64,000 bases of DNA from Microbotryum violaceum (taxonomy: Eukaryota). The notes under the pieces are model-generated. The model searched no databases. It saw only the letters and a list, made by a program, of their open reading frames with translations, and was not told the origin of the DNA. Below are positions 1 to 19,548 of the stretch, one piece after another (the first letter of the stretch is position 1; the number at the start of each line of letters is the position of its first letter). The stretch lies in assembly GCA_001244265.2 (NCBI GenBank), contig LN717261.1, forward strand, positions 1,131,591-1,195,590, in the 5' to 3' direction. Made by a program: the position numbers and the translations under genes.

Positions 1-1317
1 GTAAATCGCTTCCTTACCAGCATGCGACAAGGCGAGGTGTTCGGCATCAGTGGTGGAATCTGCTACCCGAGTCTGACGCTTCAATGACCAAGAGACGACG
101 GAGCGGCAAGTAAAAGACAAAGCCATTGTGGAGATTGACGTGTCAATGCAGGCACCCCAGTTTGATCAGAATAGCCAACCACCCCTGTAATCTTGGCTGG
201 ACCGCAGGCTAGAGTAGCTCATCACGGTACGTAGCGCGAAGGTAGCGAAGGACGTGATTGACGGCGACCCAATGGTGGCGGCCGGGGTTGTTGCGCGAAC
301 CGGGACAGGTACGAGACGGCGAAGGCAATGTCGGGGCGAGTGCCGAGTGAAATGTATAGGAGGGAGCCGATGGCTTGCAGGTACCACGACCGAATGCGTT
401 CCGTTCCCTGACCCGGTACTGCGTGAGCGGAGGACGGGCGTCATTGGCACCGTAGCGCCGCGCGTTGTGGTGTCGAAGTGAAAGCGGCGCGAGCACGTCC
501 ATGATGTAGCGCTCCTGAGATAAAGCAATGGAGCCATCTTCCAGGAGTCAAATCTGGATGCGAGGATGTATTCTGCAGGCCGAGTCGTTTGACGCTGTAT
601 TGCTGTTCGAGGCTGGAGATGACACGCTCAATCTCATCGAGGGCGGGGCTGACAATGAGGAGATCATCAACATATAATGCGATATAATGGGGCTGCTTCT
701 GATAATCAATGCGAGAGTAAATGCAGTGATCAGTGCCCGTTGCCGTGTACCAAGACTCCTGAGCGATGTGTCAATGTGGCAATTCCAGATGCGACCGGCC
801 TGCTTAAGACCGTAGATCGAGCGCCGCAGCCAGAGAACCTGGTCGCTCTGCGGAAGTCAAAACCTCGTGGCGTCGTCATCCAGATGTCGTGATTGAGCTC
901 GCCGTGAAGGTAAGCCTTGTCGATGTCAGCCTGATGAACGTGATAGCCGTTGCCAGCAGCAAGGGCGAGGAGGCAGCAATGGAGGAGAAATGGGCGACGG
1001 GTGCGAACGTCTCCAAGAAGTCAATGCCGTCGCACTGGCGCGTTACCCTGCGCAACAAGGCGTGCCTTCCTCCCTGTGATATCACCCTGTGCATTGCGCT
1101 TGGTCTTACAGACGAATTTGGAGGTGACGATGGGCGCCCGGGGGTACCGAGGAACGAGGCTCGATGGTGAACACCTTGAAATTGTTGCGCATGGCGGTGA
1201 ACTCGTCGGAGGCGGCTTGAGCCAGAGGTTGTGCTCGTCGCTGGACATCGCTTCACGCCAGGTCTGAGGGTCGCTAGTGATCGATTTGACCGGCTCAATG
1301 GCTTCGAGGGTGGGGTC
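1..1317 (-). pseudogene. Copia family B pol fragment (RT/RNase H), frameshifted, cut by LTR-A at 1318
   Basis: Pieces such as [19 protein letters not shown] and [10 protein letters not shown] match other B copies (35488-37321). Confidence 0.9.
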
Positions 1318-1626
1318 TGTGAAGAGTCCACTCTCAGCTCGACAGAGGCGCCTGAGTTGTTGCGCGCACCGCTAGCCCCCCCTTGCGGTGGGGACTTAGG
1401 CGCGCGCGACTGCCTCAGCGAGCAGGCGCCAGCGGACTTGGCGCGCGCGCCCGCTAGGCCGCCCCTTGAGGTGCGACTTAGACGCGCGCAGCTGCCTCAG
1501 CGCCCTAGCAAGTTCACCCGCGGCTGGCCTATCCCAGTGCGGGCCCCCTTTCTGTTTCTTAGCTTCCCTCTCACCACTTCTGTTCGACAATCAACCTCTC
1601 CTGACAGTAGTGGTGATCGTCTCATA
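1318..1626 (+). repeat. 5' LTR, family A (TG...TA), no U5 repeat unit
   Basis: Starts TGTGAAGAGTCCACTCTC, ends GTCTCATA, directly followed by the PBS; many homologues in the window. Confidence 0.92.
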
Positions 1627-1638
1627 GGTTATTCGCCC
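1627..1638 (+). promoter_or_regulatory. Primer-binding site GGTTATTCGCCC (tRNA-iMet half-molecule type)
   Basis: Abuts the LTR; resembles GGTTATG(A/G)GCCC, the complement of the initiator tRNA anticodon arm used by copia/Ty5. Confidence 0.8.
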
Positions 1639-1655
1639 ATCGACCTACCGCTGGC

Positions 1656-2690
1656 ATGGACACGTCGTCGCCCCTAACGACAGGTGCCCACCCAACAATC
1701 CCCGCCGAACAGCTCGCCGCACTTACGTCGCTGCTGTCGGGTCTCACCACTGCCACATCCGCCACGTCGTCCGGCACCTCTCGCACCGCCTTTCCCAAGC
1801 ACGCACGCTTGGATGGGCCCAAGACGTTTGCGAGCTGGACACGCCAGCTTCGCCTCTGCCTTGCGGACGACATCCGCTCATACGTCCTCGACGGGATCGT
1901 GCCCGCCGACTGGACACCTTCGCACCGCTCTGCCCGCGATGTCGTGGCACGTGAGCTCCTAGCGAATTCGATCGACTCAGCCGACGTCTCGGCAGTCCTT
2001 GACCAAATCCCTACCGCCGACCTCACAGCGCCCAAAATCTATTCGACGCTGAAATCGCGGTATGCTCCGGATGACGCCACTCGCACGCTCGAGCTCTTCT
2101 CACGACTATGGATTTCCGGCCCATGCCCGGCACCGTTGGCGAATTCGACGGTTGGATCATGGAGTTCAAAGCCATTGCGCAAGAAATCATCGATACGAGA
2201 GACGACTATCAATGATGTTCTTGCCACACTCCTCCTCGCCATTGCACACCCGTGCCTCGAGAGCTTCAAGGCGTCATTCCCGACGAACAGCGCACCCAAC
2301 GATCTCTCCCTGCCATTGATTCGCTCGCCGACCGCATGCGTGTTCAACTCCGCGTCCACCAACGTCCCCAGCACCCAATCGGCCCTTCTTGCCTCGTCGT
2401 CGTCACGTCCTACCCGTCCCAAGTGTCTCGCCTGTTGCAGCCCTTTGCACCGTGTGGCGGAGTGCGCCCTGTGAGAGCGAAACACCCGCCGCCAGGACCC
2501 TGTCGCTCCTGCAAGCAGAATCACTGGTCTTTCGACTGCAAAAGGCTCTCGAGAACGGCAAAAAGGCCAACACGGCGAACTCGACGCCAACTCGCAACAC
2601 CATGTCGGATGTCTCGCTACCGGCCTTCTCGCTCATCGTCGCCAGCTTTGCGCCAACTCCTTCGTCATTGACTCAGGCGCCACTTCGCAC
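1656..2690 (+). pseudogene. Family A gag and start of protease, truncated
   Basis: MDTSSPL...[13 protein letters not shown], two zinc-knuckle-like motifs, ends at [10 protein letters not shown] where LTR-B begins. Confidence 0.9.
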
Positions 2691-3089
2691 TATTCGATCA
2701 ACTCTACTACGTCAGCGATGTAGTTATAGCCAAGAGTGATGAATCATTACAACATACCTATTCGATCAACTCTACTACGTCAGCAATGTAGTTATAGCAA
2801 GAGTGATATAGGAAGCTAACAACAAGAGAGCGCCGCGCCTCACATCCTCAGGCTGCGAACCTTGGGGCTGAGCCAATGGCCCAGGCTCGCCCTGCGCGCC
2901 TAAGTCCTGGGGCTGTGTGCGCCTGGCTCGCTCCGCGCGCCTAAGTCCTGAGCCAATGCGCCTGGCTTGTTCTGCGCGCCTAAGTCCTGGGCCGGTGCGC
3001 AGGCGAGCGCGCGCCTAAGTCCTGGGCCGGTGCGCCAGGCTCGCTCTGTGCGCCTAAGTCCTGAGCGAGCGGAGAGTGGATTCCTCACA
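2691..3089 (-). repeat. Solo LTR, family B, with one extra U5 unit and five CCTAAGTCCTG repeats
   Basis: Termini match other B LTRs; flanks are unrelated, no TSD. Confidence 0.9.
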
Positions 3090-3105
3090 GTAGCGTAAGA
3101 TGTGC

Positions 3106-4557
3106 GCCACCGCTGCCCCCGCACTCCCGGCCGCCCCGCCACGCAGACCAACGCCGCTACCTCAGCCAAAGTCGTGTTTCCCAAACACGCTCGCTTCGAC
3201 GGTCCCAAATCGTTCACCAACTGGTTGCGTCAACTCCGTCTTGCACTCCCGAATCAAGTCCGTGCTTACGTCCTCGAAGGTGTCGTTCCCGCTACTTGGA
3301 CGGCCGATCAGCTTGCCGCCCGGGAACTCATCGTTGGCTCTATTGACTCGCGGACGTCTCGGCCACGCTCGACGCCATTCCCAGTGACGATCTCTCAGCA
3401 CCGCGCATCTTCACCGCTCTCAAGGCTCGCTTTGCACCGGACGATGCTACCCGCACCTCGAGTTGTTCGCCGCCTTTGGGATTTCAGGAAGATGCCTGCC
3501 TCCGTCGAGGCATACAACACCTGGCTGCGCGAGTACATGTCCATCGTACAAGAAATTCGCGACGCCAAAACTTCGCTCAACGATGTACTCGCCACTCACG
3601 TGCTTGCCATGGTCCCATCGTCCTCGACAGCTTCCGACTCACGTTCACGGACGAGCAACGCAACCAACGCGACCTTCCCGAGCTGACAACGCTGACCGAC
3701 CGCATTCGCGTCCAACTTCGTTCGGCGGGACTCTCCACCTCGCACTCGGCCATGCTCGCTACGCCCCCCATGCCCGCCTGCCGCGCCCCGGTCACCGCCT
3801 TCGTGACTGCACCTCACGCGCTCAACACCCCCCCACCGGCCCCTGCCGTCGCTGCCACAAGAAGGGTCATTGGGCCCTCGACTGCAAACCGCGAGGCGAC
3901 CAAAAACGAACCGGCGACGACAACCAGGACAACACACCCTCATCGGTGGCTCAACAACCGAATGTCGGCTATTTCGCCTCCTGCCTGCTCGCTCGCCGCC
4001 ATCTCCGACCGACGCTTCGTCGTCAACTCGGGCGCCACGACACACATGGTCGCCGATCGCTCGCTGTTCACGACTTATCGTCAGACGGCGCACACCAGGG
4101 TCGGCGGTATCGCAGGAGGCATCACGGCCATTGGCATGGGGGACGTGGCGTTCATTACAAGACCGGACACCGATCACGTTGCGTGGCGTTCTTCACACGC
4201 CTGGCCTTCACGTCAACCTTCTCTCTGTCTCTCGCCTCTGCGACACCGACCGCGTTCGACTCGCCTTCACCAGCGACGGGATCGACATTGCAAGGACGGC
4301 CAGGCCATCGCTCACGGGACTCGCGTCAACGACGGTCTCTACCTTTTGGATGCGGACCACACCCAATGTCAGCAGTTGCCTTGCTCTCACGTTCTGAGTC
4401 TCCCGTGCCCCTGCTTACCCTTCACCGCTGCCTCGGCCATCTTGCCCCATCCTCCATACAAAAGATGATTGCTGCAGGTTTGCTGGACGGTTTCGGGGCC
4501 GGGTACAGTGACAAAGACGTAGACGAGTTTGTTTGCAATGCTTGCCTTGGTTCCAAA
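3106..4557 (+). pseudogene. Family B gag-protease-IN N-terminus fragment
   Basis: [46 protein letters not shown]...CNAC. Confidence 0.9.
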
Positions 4558-6560
4558 TGTGATGATGTCACGCCTGCTCAAGCGGTGGTAAGTCTCTGAT
4601 CAAAGGACCAAGGGAGACCAGACCAAGAAGTTGCTTGTTACACACCTGCTCAAGCACTACCGTAAGTTACCACATCTAGAGGGGTGAAAGATAATAGGAA
4701 GAGTAGTGCTCACCTGCTCAAGCGTGGTAAGTCTCTGATCAAAGGACCAAGGGAGACCAGACCAAGAAGTTGCTTGAGCAGAGAGAAACCAGAGAGGGGC
4801 CAGCTGGCTGGGCCTAAGTGCCCAGCCAGAGTCAGGCGCACGGACCTGGCCAGAGTGGGAGAGCTAGAGTGGTGAAAAGTAGGCCAAAAGTGATCAAAAT
4901 GAAGAGAGGAGGATGTTGAGGTAGATGCAAGATACAAGAAGGACATGAAGGAGATATTTGATCTCACACCCCCCCTACTTCGAGTATCAGGGAGCACAGA
5001 TACCGAGTCGACTGCGGTGCCGAGCAAAGAGGTCGCGTGACAATGCTTTGGTGAAGATGTCCGCTGTCATCTCACCAGTGTTGATGTACTGGACGACAAT
5101 ATCGCCCATGGAAACCATATCCCGGACGAAGTGTTCGCGCAGGCGGATGTGCCGAGTCCGAGCATGAAATACCGGATTCTTGGTGAGAGCTTTGGCACCT
5201 TGGTTGTCGCCGTAGATGAGGACGGGCTTTGAAGACGAAAGGCCAAGCTCACCAAAGAGCTGACGCAGAAAGATTGCCTCCTTACCAGCGTGTGACAGTG
5301 CGAGGTACTCGGCGTCACAAGTGGAGTCGGCAACGCGCGATTGGAGCGCGGAGGACCATGAGACGGCAGCACCTGCATAGACAAAAGTGTAACCCATGGT
5401 CGACTTGGAAGAGAGGACGCATGCACCCCAGTTGCAGTCGGAGTAGCCCAAGAGCGGTGCCGGATCCCCACAAGTGTAGCGTAAGCCGTGAGGAAGAGTG
5501 CCAGCGATGTAACGGAAGGCGTGCTTGACAGTCCCCAGGCAGCAGCAGAAGGCGAGTGAGAGAAGCGAGCCAAGTAACCGACGGTGTAAGCCAGGTCGGG
5601 CTGAGTACCAGTGGATGCATACATGAGGGAGCCAATGGCTTGCAGGTACGAGTGCGATCCGGAAAAGGGGTGGGCTGGAGCTCGACTTCAAGGCGGAGAT
5701 CAGACTGCATGGGAGTCGCGACCGGATGGGCGTTGGACATGCCAAATCGAGCAAGGACGTCCTTGAGGTACTGCTCCTGACTCAGGGAGATGGAGCCGTC
5801 TGGAGAACGCCGGATCTGAATGCCGAGGACGTATTCCGCCTCACCAAGCCGTTTGACACCATAGCGCCGCTCAAGCCCTGAAGGGTACGCTCAATCTCGG
5901 GGAGAGAGGGGCTGATCATGAGCAGGTCGTCGACATAGAGCGCAATGTAGTGGCGCACATTGCCCGTTGTCCTGACGTAGACGCAGTGGTCGGATTCGGT
6001 GGCAACATAGCCAAGTGCGGACAAGGCAGAGTCAATCTCGTCGTTCCAGATGCGACCAGCCTGGCGCAAGCCGTAGAGGACCGATGCAGTTGGAGACCTT
6101 GCCTGGCATGTAGATGCCATCAGGTACACGAATGTACAGGGGTGCATCGAGTTTGCCGTGCAGGTAGGCTTTGTCAATGTCGGCCTGGTGGACGTGGTAC
6201 CCATGAGCAGCAGCAAGAGCCAGGAGTGCGCGGATGGAGGTGAATTTGGCCACGGGTGCGAAGGTCTCGTCAAAGTCGATGCCAGAGCGTTGGGAGTCAC
6301 CACGAGCAACGAGACGGCCCTTGTAGGACTTGACTTGGCCATGCTGGTCGCGTTTGGTGCGGAAGACAAAGCGGGAGCCCAGGACCTTGGCGTCTGCTGG
6401 GACAAGGGACTCGTCAATTGGTGTGAACGCCGAAAAATCTTGCAAGAGTGAGTCAAACTCGTCGCGGGCCACAAGACGCCATTCATCCGCTTGAGGGTGG
6501 CCATGGCCGCCCGCCAGTGAGGTGGGTCGCGAGCGGGGGCAATTAGTTCCGCAGGGTCGG
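4558..6560 (-). mobile_element. Family C 3' half: 3' LTR (4558-4968, two intron-like inserts), PPT, RNase H/RT
   Basis: G-run PPT at 4969-4975; YSDCNW and ALYVDD motifs; homologous to 19236-21130. Confidence 0.92.
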
Positions 6561-8813
<2,253 letters not shown>

Positions 8814-9872
8814 TGTAAGAGTTACAACTCTTTGTATTTCCTTCTCACACTGTCTCACCCTTTCTCTGCCTTATTCTTTCTGTGATTTTTGGCCTTTCCC
8901 TTCACCCTGCTCTCCCATCTCTGGGCTGGGTCTGTGCACCTGCATCAAGCGCACGGACCAAGCCATGCTCTGCCTGGCTCCCTCTATCTTCAGGCGGGTC
9001 CGTGCGCTTAACACTGGGGCACGGACCTGGTTGCGCACTACCCAGCCAACTGGCTCCGCGCTTCTCTCTCTCCTGCTCAAGCAACTTCATTGGTCTGGTC
9101 TCCTTGGTCCGTTGATCAGAGACTCACCACCGCTTGAGCAGGTGTGTGCAAAGCAACTTCATTGGTCTGGTCTCCTTGGTCCGTGTTATCAGAGACTCAC
9201 CACCGCTTGAGCAGTTGTGCGCATCATAGGTTATAAGCCCCAACAAGCTACCAGCGCGGTCACCTCCGTCCCGCCCTCGTCATTTTTTTTTTCGCGCTTC
9301 GCACGGCTCAGCCCCTCCCACACTTCGCACGCCCGGCATGTCTGACTCCGACGTCCCCAAGCCCACAACGCTCACATTCCCCCACCGCGCCCGCCTACAC
9401 AAATTACAGCCTTTGCTGCTTCGGACCTTCTGCGCGACGCAGATGGCTACAGGACTGGGTTCTTACCCTATGCTCCGCATGCCATCGACGTAATCGATAT
9501 ATCTAAAGTCCGGCGTCCCTCCTACGTCCTGGCCAACCGCTTATGTACCTTTGTGGGACCATTACGCTCGAGCCTCGATCTGCGCTGCCGTCGACCCCCG
9601 TCTGGTCCTCCCGGTCTCTCCCAGTACTTTGGCGACACTCACAGCGGTCACAAGATTTGGGCAGCTCTGCGCACGCGATACGGCGCTGTCTCGGCTGTCG
9701 ACCTTCTTCCCGTCATCTCTCGACTCTTCAGTCCCGACCTTATGCCGATCCGCGCGACGCATTCCTTCAGTTCCGCGACCGTTTCGAGAACGACTCCCGA
9801 CTTCTAAAACGACTCCGACGTGACAACCGACTCCCTCCTAGCGTCGCACTTACTTGCTCGGATGCCTCCCTC
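8814..9872 (+). mobile_element. Family E (C-related) 5' end: LTR 8814-9228 (TG...TA), PBS 9229-9240, degenerate gag from about 9338
   Basis: U5 shares the AAGCAACTTC...CGCTTGAGCAG unit with LTR-C; PBS GGTTATAAGCCC; gag WDHYARASICAAVD is similar to C gag. Confidence 0.85.
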
Positions 9873-15414
<5,542 letters not shown>

Positions 15415-15812
15415 TTTATTGTGCCCGCCGACACACCCACCGCCGTCAAGACGAGGACCCCACTAGTAAGGTCGGCGCACATGGACGTCTCATCCTCCCT
15501 TGATGATTCTGTCATGAGCGCCGTTGACGTGGCCCCAGGGTACACTGGCAGATCCTTACTTAATTCTACAGATACTAGTCCCTCGCCGTCGCCGTCACTT
15601 GCCCCGCTCTCGTCGCCCACCACGTCCTCGACCGGGGACCGTCCCCCGACAACTCGGATGACCCGCTCGACCTCTTCAGCTCCAACACCGCGGTCCGTCT
15701 CAACCTGATGGACGTGCATCGGTCCGACGACGATACACTGGACGGCCAGGCACCAGCCGTTGACCCTGTTGACCCGCCCTCTGATGACGACTCTCCTGAT
15801 GAGATTGATTTC
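15415..15812 (+). pseudogene. Family B IN-RT linker fragment with the conserved 106-nt block (15466-15571)
   Basis: [16 protein letters not shown]...DSPDEIDF. Confidence 0.88.
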
Positions 15813-16041
15813 TGTGAGGAATCCACTCTCTGCTCGGCTCAGGACTTAGGCGCGCGGATCGAGCCAGGCGCACCGGCCCAGGGCTTAGGCGCGCGGAGGG
15901 AGCTGGGCGCATTGGCTCAGGACTTAGACGCGCGGAGCGAGCCTGGGAAACTTGGGGGCGCGAGGCTCTCACACTGTTAGCTTCCTATTCATCACTCTTG
16001 GCTAGAACTACATCGCTGATGTAGTAGAGTTGATCGAATAG

Positions 16042-16110
16042 GTATGTTGTAATGCATTCATCACTCTTGGCTAGAACTACATCGCTGACGTAGTAGAGTT
16101 GATCGAATAG
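16042..16110 (+). other. Putative 69-nt spliceosomal intron duplicating the LTR-B terminus
   Basis: AG|GTATGT...GCTGAC...GAATAG|GTTAT; removal regenerates the single-unit LTR-PBS junction seen at 34625. Confidence 0.65.
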
Positions 16111-18696
16111 GTTATAAGCCCAACGAGCTACCAGCCCGCCGCTCGCTCGCATTTTTCCTCGAGCCCAGCCACTCGAGCCGCCCACGTCCATCGCACCATC
16201 GCACAATGGATAGTCGCGACCCCACCACGCCTTCGTCCCCCAGGGACCCCAGCCCTCTTGCGTCTTCGATCAGCGATCAACTCGCTACCCTGCAGGCCCA
16301 GCTCGCCGCTCTGCAGGCCTCGCAGCCCCCTGCCGCCCCCGCCTCTGCCGCCGCTGCCTCGCAGCCCACTGCCGCCGCCGCCGCCGCCACCACCGCTTCA
16401 AAAGTCGTCTTTCCCAAGCACGCTCGCCTAGACGGCTCCAAGTCGTTCACGAACTGGTTACGCCAGCTCCGGCTCACGCTTCCGAATCAGATTCGTGGTT
16501 ACGTCCTTGATGGAGTTGTTCCCCCGACATGGACGGCCGACCAGCTGGCCGCTCATGACGACGCCGCGCGGGAAATTATCGTTGGCTCGATCGACTCCGC
16601 CGACGTCTCAGCAACCCTCGATGCCATCCCAAGCGACGACCTGTTGGCGCCACGCATCTTCGCCGCACTCAAGGCTCGTTTCGCACCGAACGACGCCACT
16701 CGCACCCTCGAATTATTCGCCCGCCTTTGGGACTTTCGGAAGATGCCCGCCTCGGTCGAGGCCTATGACACCTGGCTGTGCGAATACATGGCCATTGCTC
16801 AAGAGATTCGCGACGCTAAGACGTCGCTGAACGACGTCCTCGCCACCCACATCCTCGCCATGGTACCGCCCTGCCTAGACAGCTTCCGGCTAATGTTCAC
16901 GGACGAGCAGCGCGCCCAGCGCGAACTCCCGGAGCTCACGACCTTAACGGACCGTATCCGCGTTCAGCTCCGATCCGCCGGCCTCTCGGCTTTGCATTCG
17001 GCCATGCTCGCCGACGCCCCCTCTTGCCCCGCCTGCCGCGCCCCGGCCACCACCTGCGCGACTGCACTTCACGTGCAAAGCATCCGCCCACCGGCCCCTG
17101 CCGCCGCTGCCAAAAGCGAGGTCACTGGGCCCTCGACTGCAAGAACCGGGGCCAACAGACACGTACCAGCGACGACACCCAGGACGACTTGTCTTCCGCC
17201 ACGGCTCACCAACCGAACGTCGGATATTTTGCCTCCTGCCTCTTTGCCCGCCGCCAACTCCCGACCGATGCCTTCGTAGTCGACTCGGGCGCAACGACTC
17301 ACATGGTCGCCGACCGCTCCCTGTTCACAACTTATCGTCCGACGGCACATACCAAGATTGGCGGCATTTCCGGCGGTATCACGGCCATTGGTATGGGGGA
17401 TGTACCGTTTGTTGCCAACACCGGACACCCAATCACGTTGCGCGGCGTTCTGCACGCGCCGGGCCTTCACGTCAACCTTCTCTCCGTCTCTCGCCTTTGT
17501 GACACCGACCGCATTCGGCTTGCCTTCACCAGCGACAGCATTGACATCACCAAGGACGGCCAGGCCATCGCTCACGGTACACGGGTTAACGACGGTCTCT
17601 ACCTCCTGGACGCGGATCACACCAAATGTCAGCAGCTTGCCTTCCTCTCACGCTCTGAGTCTACCGTGCCCCTACTTACCCTCCACCGCTGCCTCGGCCA
17701 CCTTGCTCCATCCTCTATACAGAAGATGATCGCTGCGGGTTTGCTGGACGGTTTTGGGGCCGGGTACAGTGACAAAGACGTAGAGGAGTTTGCTTGCAAT
17801 GCTTGCCTTGGTTCCAAAGGCCATCGTCTTCCTTTTCCCGACTCGGAGTCACATTCCCCGAGAGACTTGGTCTCGTGCACAGCGATGTCCTGTCGTTTCC
17901 CACTCCGTCCTTGACCGGGAAACGCTATCTTGTCACCTTCCTTGACGACCACTCTCGCAAACTATGGGCATACGCAATCGATCACAAAAGCGACGTCTTC
18001 CCGACCTTCCAGACTTGGCTCGCCGAAGTGGAGTTAGAAACGGACGCGCGTCTACGGATCCTTCGCACCGACAACGGCGGCAAATACCGATCCAACGCGT
18101 TCACGGAGTTCTGCCAGTCCAGGGGCATTCGTCGCCAATACTCTATTCCATACAGGCCTCAGCAAAACGGTCGTGCCAAACGTGTCAACCTCTTTATCGT
18201 CGAGGGCGTCCTCGCCCTCCTTGCTGACTCCCACCTGCCGGCCACCTTTTGGGACGAAGCGGCTGCATATTTCGTTTATTGCAAAAACAGGTGCTCACAC
18301 TCAGCTTTGGCCAAACAGACTCCACAATTCGTTTGGAACGGCCAACGCACCATGACCACCGCCCTTCACCCGTTCGGCTGCGCGGCCTGGCTCATGGTCG
18401 CGCCGGACCTTTGCAGCAAGCTCGACCCCAAGGCCGCGTGCGTGATTTTTACTGGTTACGACCTCGCCTCCAAGGCTTTCCGGTTCTTCAACCATTCCAC
18501 CAACAAGGTTGTGCTTGGCCGAAATGCCACCTTCCTCGACGACGACTTCCCCGGCCTACCAGTCAACACGCCCGTCGATGCGGATGACGCCGAACGCCAG
18601 TTCGTCATTCCCGCCGACGCGCCAGCGCCTGACACCGCTGACACGCACGCCCCCGCCGCCACACCCGCCCCCGCCGTCAAGACGAGGACCCCACTA

Positions 18697-18802
18697 GTAA
18701 GGTCGGCGCACATGGACGTCTCATCCCCTCTTGATGATTCTGCCATGAGCGCCGTTGACGTGGCCCCAGGGTACACTGGCGGATCCTTACTTAATTCTAC
18801 AG
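18697..18802 (+). other. Putative 106-nt retained intron in the IN-RT linker
   Basis: GTAAGG...TACTTAATTCTACAG; almost invariant across A and B copies while the flanks diverge. Confidence 0.6.
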
Positions 18803-19548
18803 ATACCAGCCCCTCGTCGTCTCCGTTGCTCGCCCCGATTTCGTCTCCCGCCATGTCCTCAGGGCGGGGACCATCCTTCGAGGACTCGGATGATCCGCTT
18901 GACCTTCTGCACTCCGACACCGCGGTTCGCCTCCGCCTGATGGACGTACATCGATCCGACAACGACACCCTGGTCACACCCACACTCGCCGTTGGCCCCG
19001 GGCAGCCCTCCGACGACGACTCCCCTGATGAGATCGATTTCCTCTCTCGTCATCACCGCGCCTTCATCGCCACCGACGACGACGACCCTACCCTCGAAGC
19101 CATTGAGCCGGTCAAATCGATCACTAGCGACCCTCAGACCTGGCGTGAAGCGATGTCCAGCGACGAGCACGACCTCTGGGCTCAAGCTGCCTCCGACGAG
19201 TTCACCGCCATGCGCAACGATTTCAAGGTGTTCACTGTGATGTTGTCACGCCTGCTCAAGCGGTGGTAAGTCTCTGATCGAAGGACCAAGGGAGACCAGA
19301 CCAAGAAGTTGCTTGAGCAGGAGAGAAACCAGAGTGGGGCCATTTGGCTGGGCCCAAGTCAGCCCAGCCAAAGTCAGGCGCACGGACCTGGCCCAGGTGC
19401 AGAGACCAGGCCCAGAGTGGGAGAGCTAAGGTGGTGAAAAGTAGGCCAAAAGTGATCAAAACGAAGAGAGGAGGATGTTGAGGTAGGTACAAGATACAAG
19501 AAGGACATGAAGGAGATATTTGATCTCACACCCCCCCTACTTTGAGTA

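Larger units (their letters stand above)
15813..19235 (+). mobile_element. Family B 5' part: LTR 15813-16109, PBS, gag (ATG 16206)-PR-IN-linker-RT start
   Basis: ORFs 16206-17279, 17024-17914 and 17794-19269 join by 1-nt frameshifts; cut by LTR-C at 19236. Confidence 0.93.

Noticed and set aside
17025..17050. Programmed frameshift in the first B zinc knuckle (also near 3785 and 47400)
   Set aside because: It lies in a C-run and copies at about 25325 and 61960 are in frame.
18697..18802. TPP riboswitch, hammerhead ribozyme or C/D snoRNA in the linker block
   Set aside because: Core motifs not found by eye (no CUGAGA, no CUGAUGA plus GAAA; UGAUGA without a D box). An Rfam search would be decisive.
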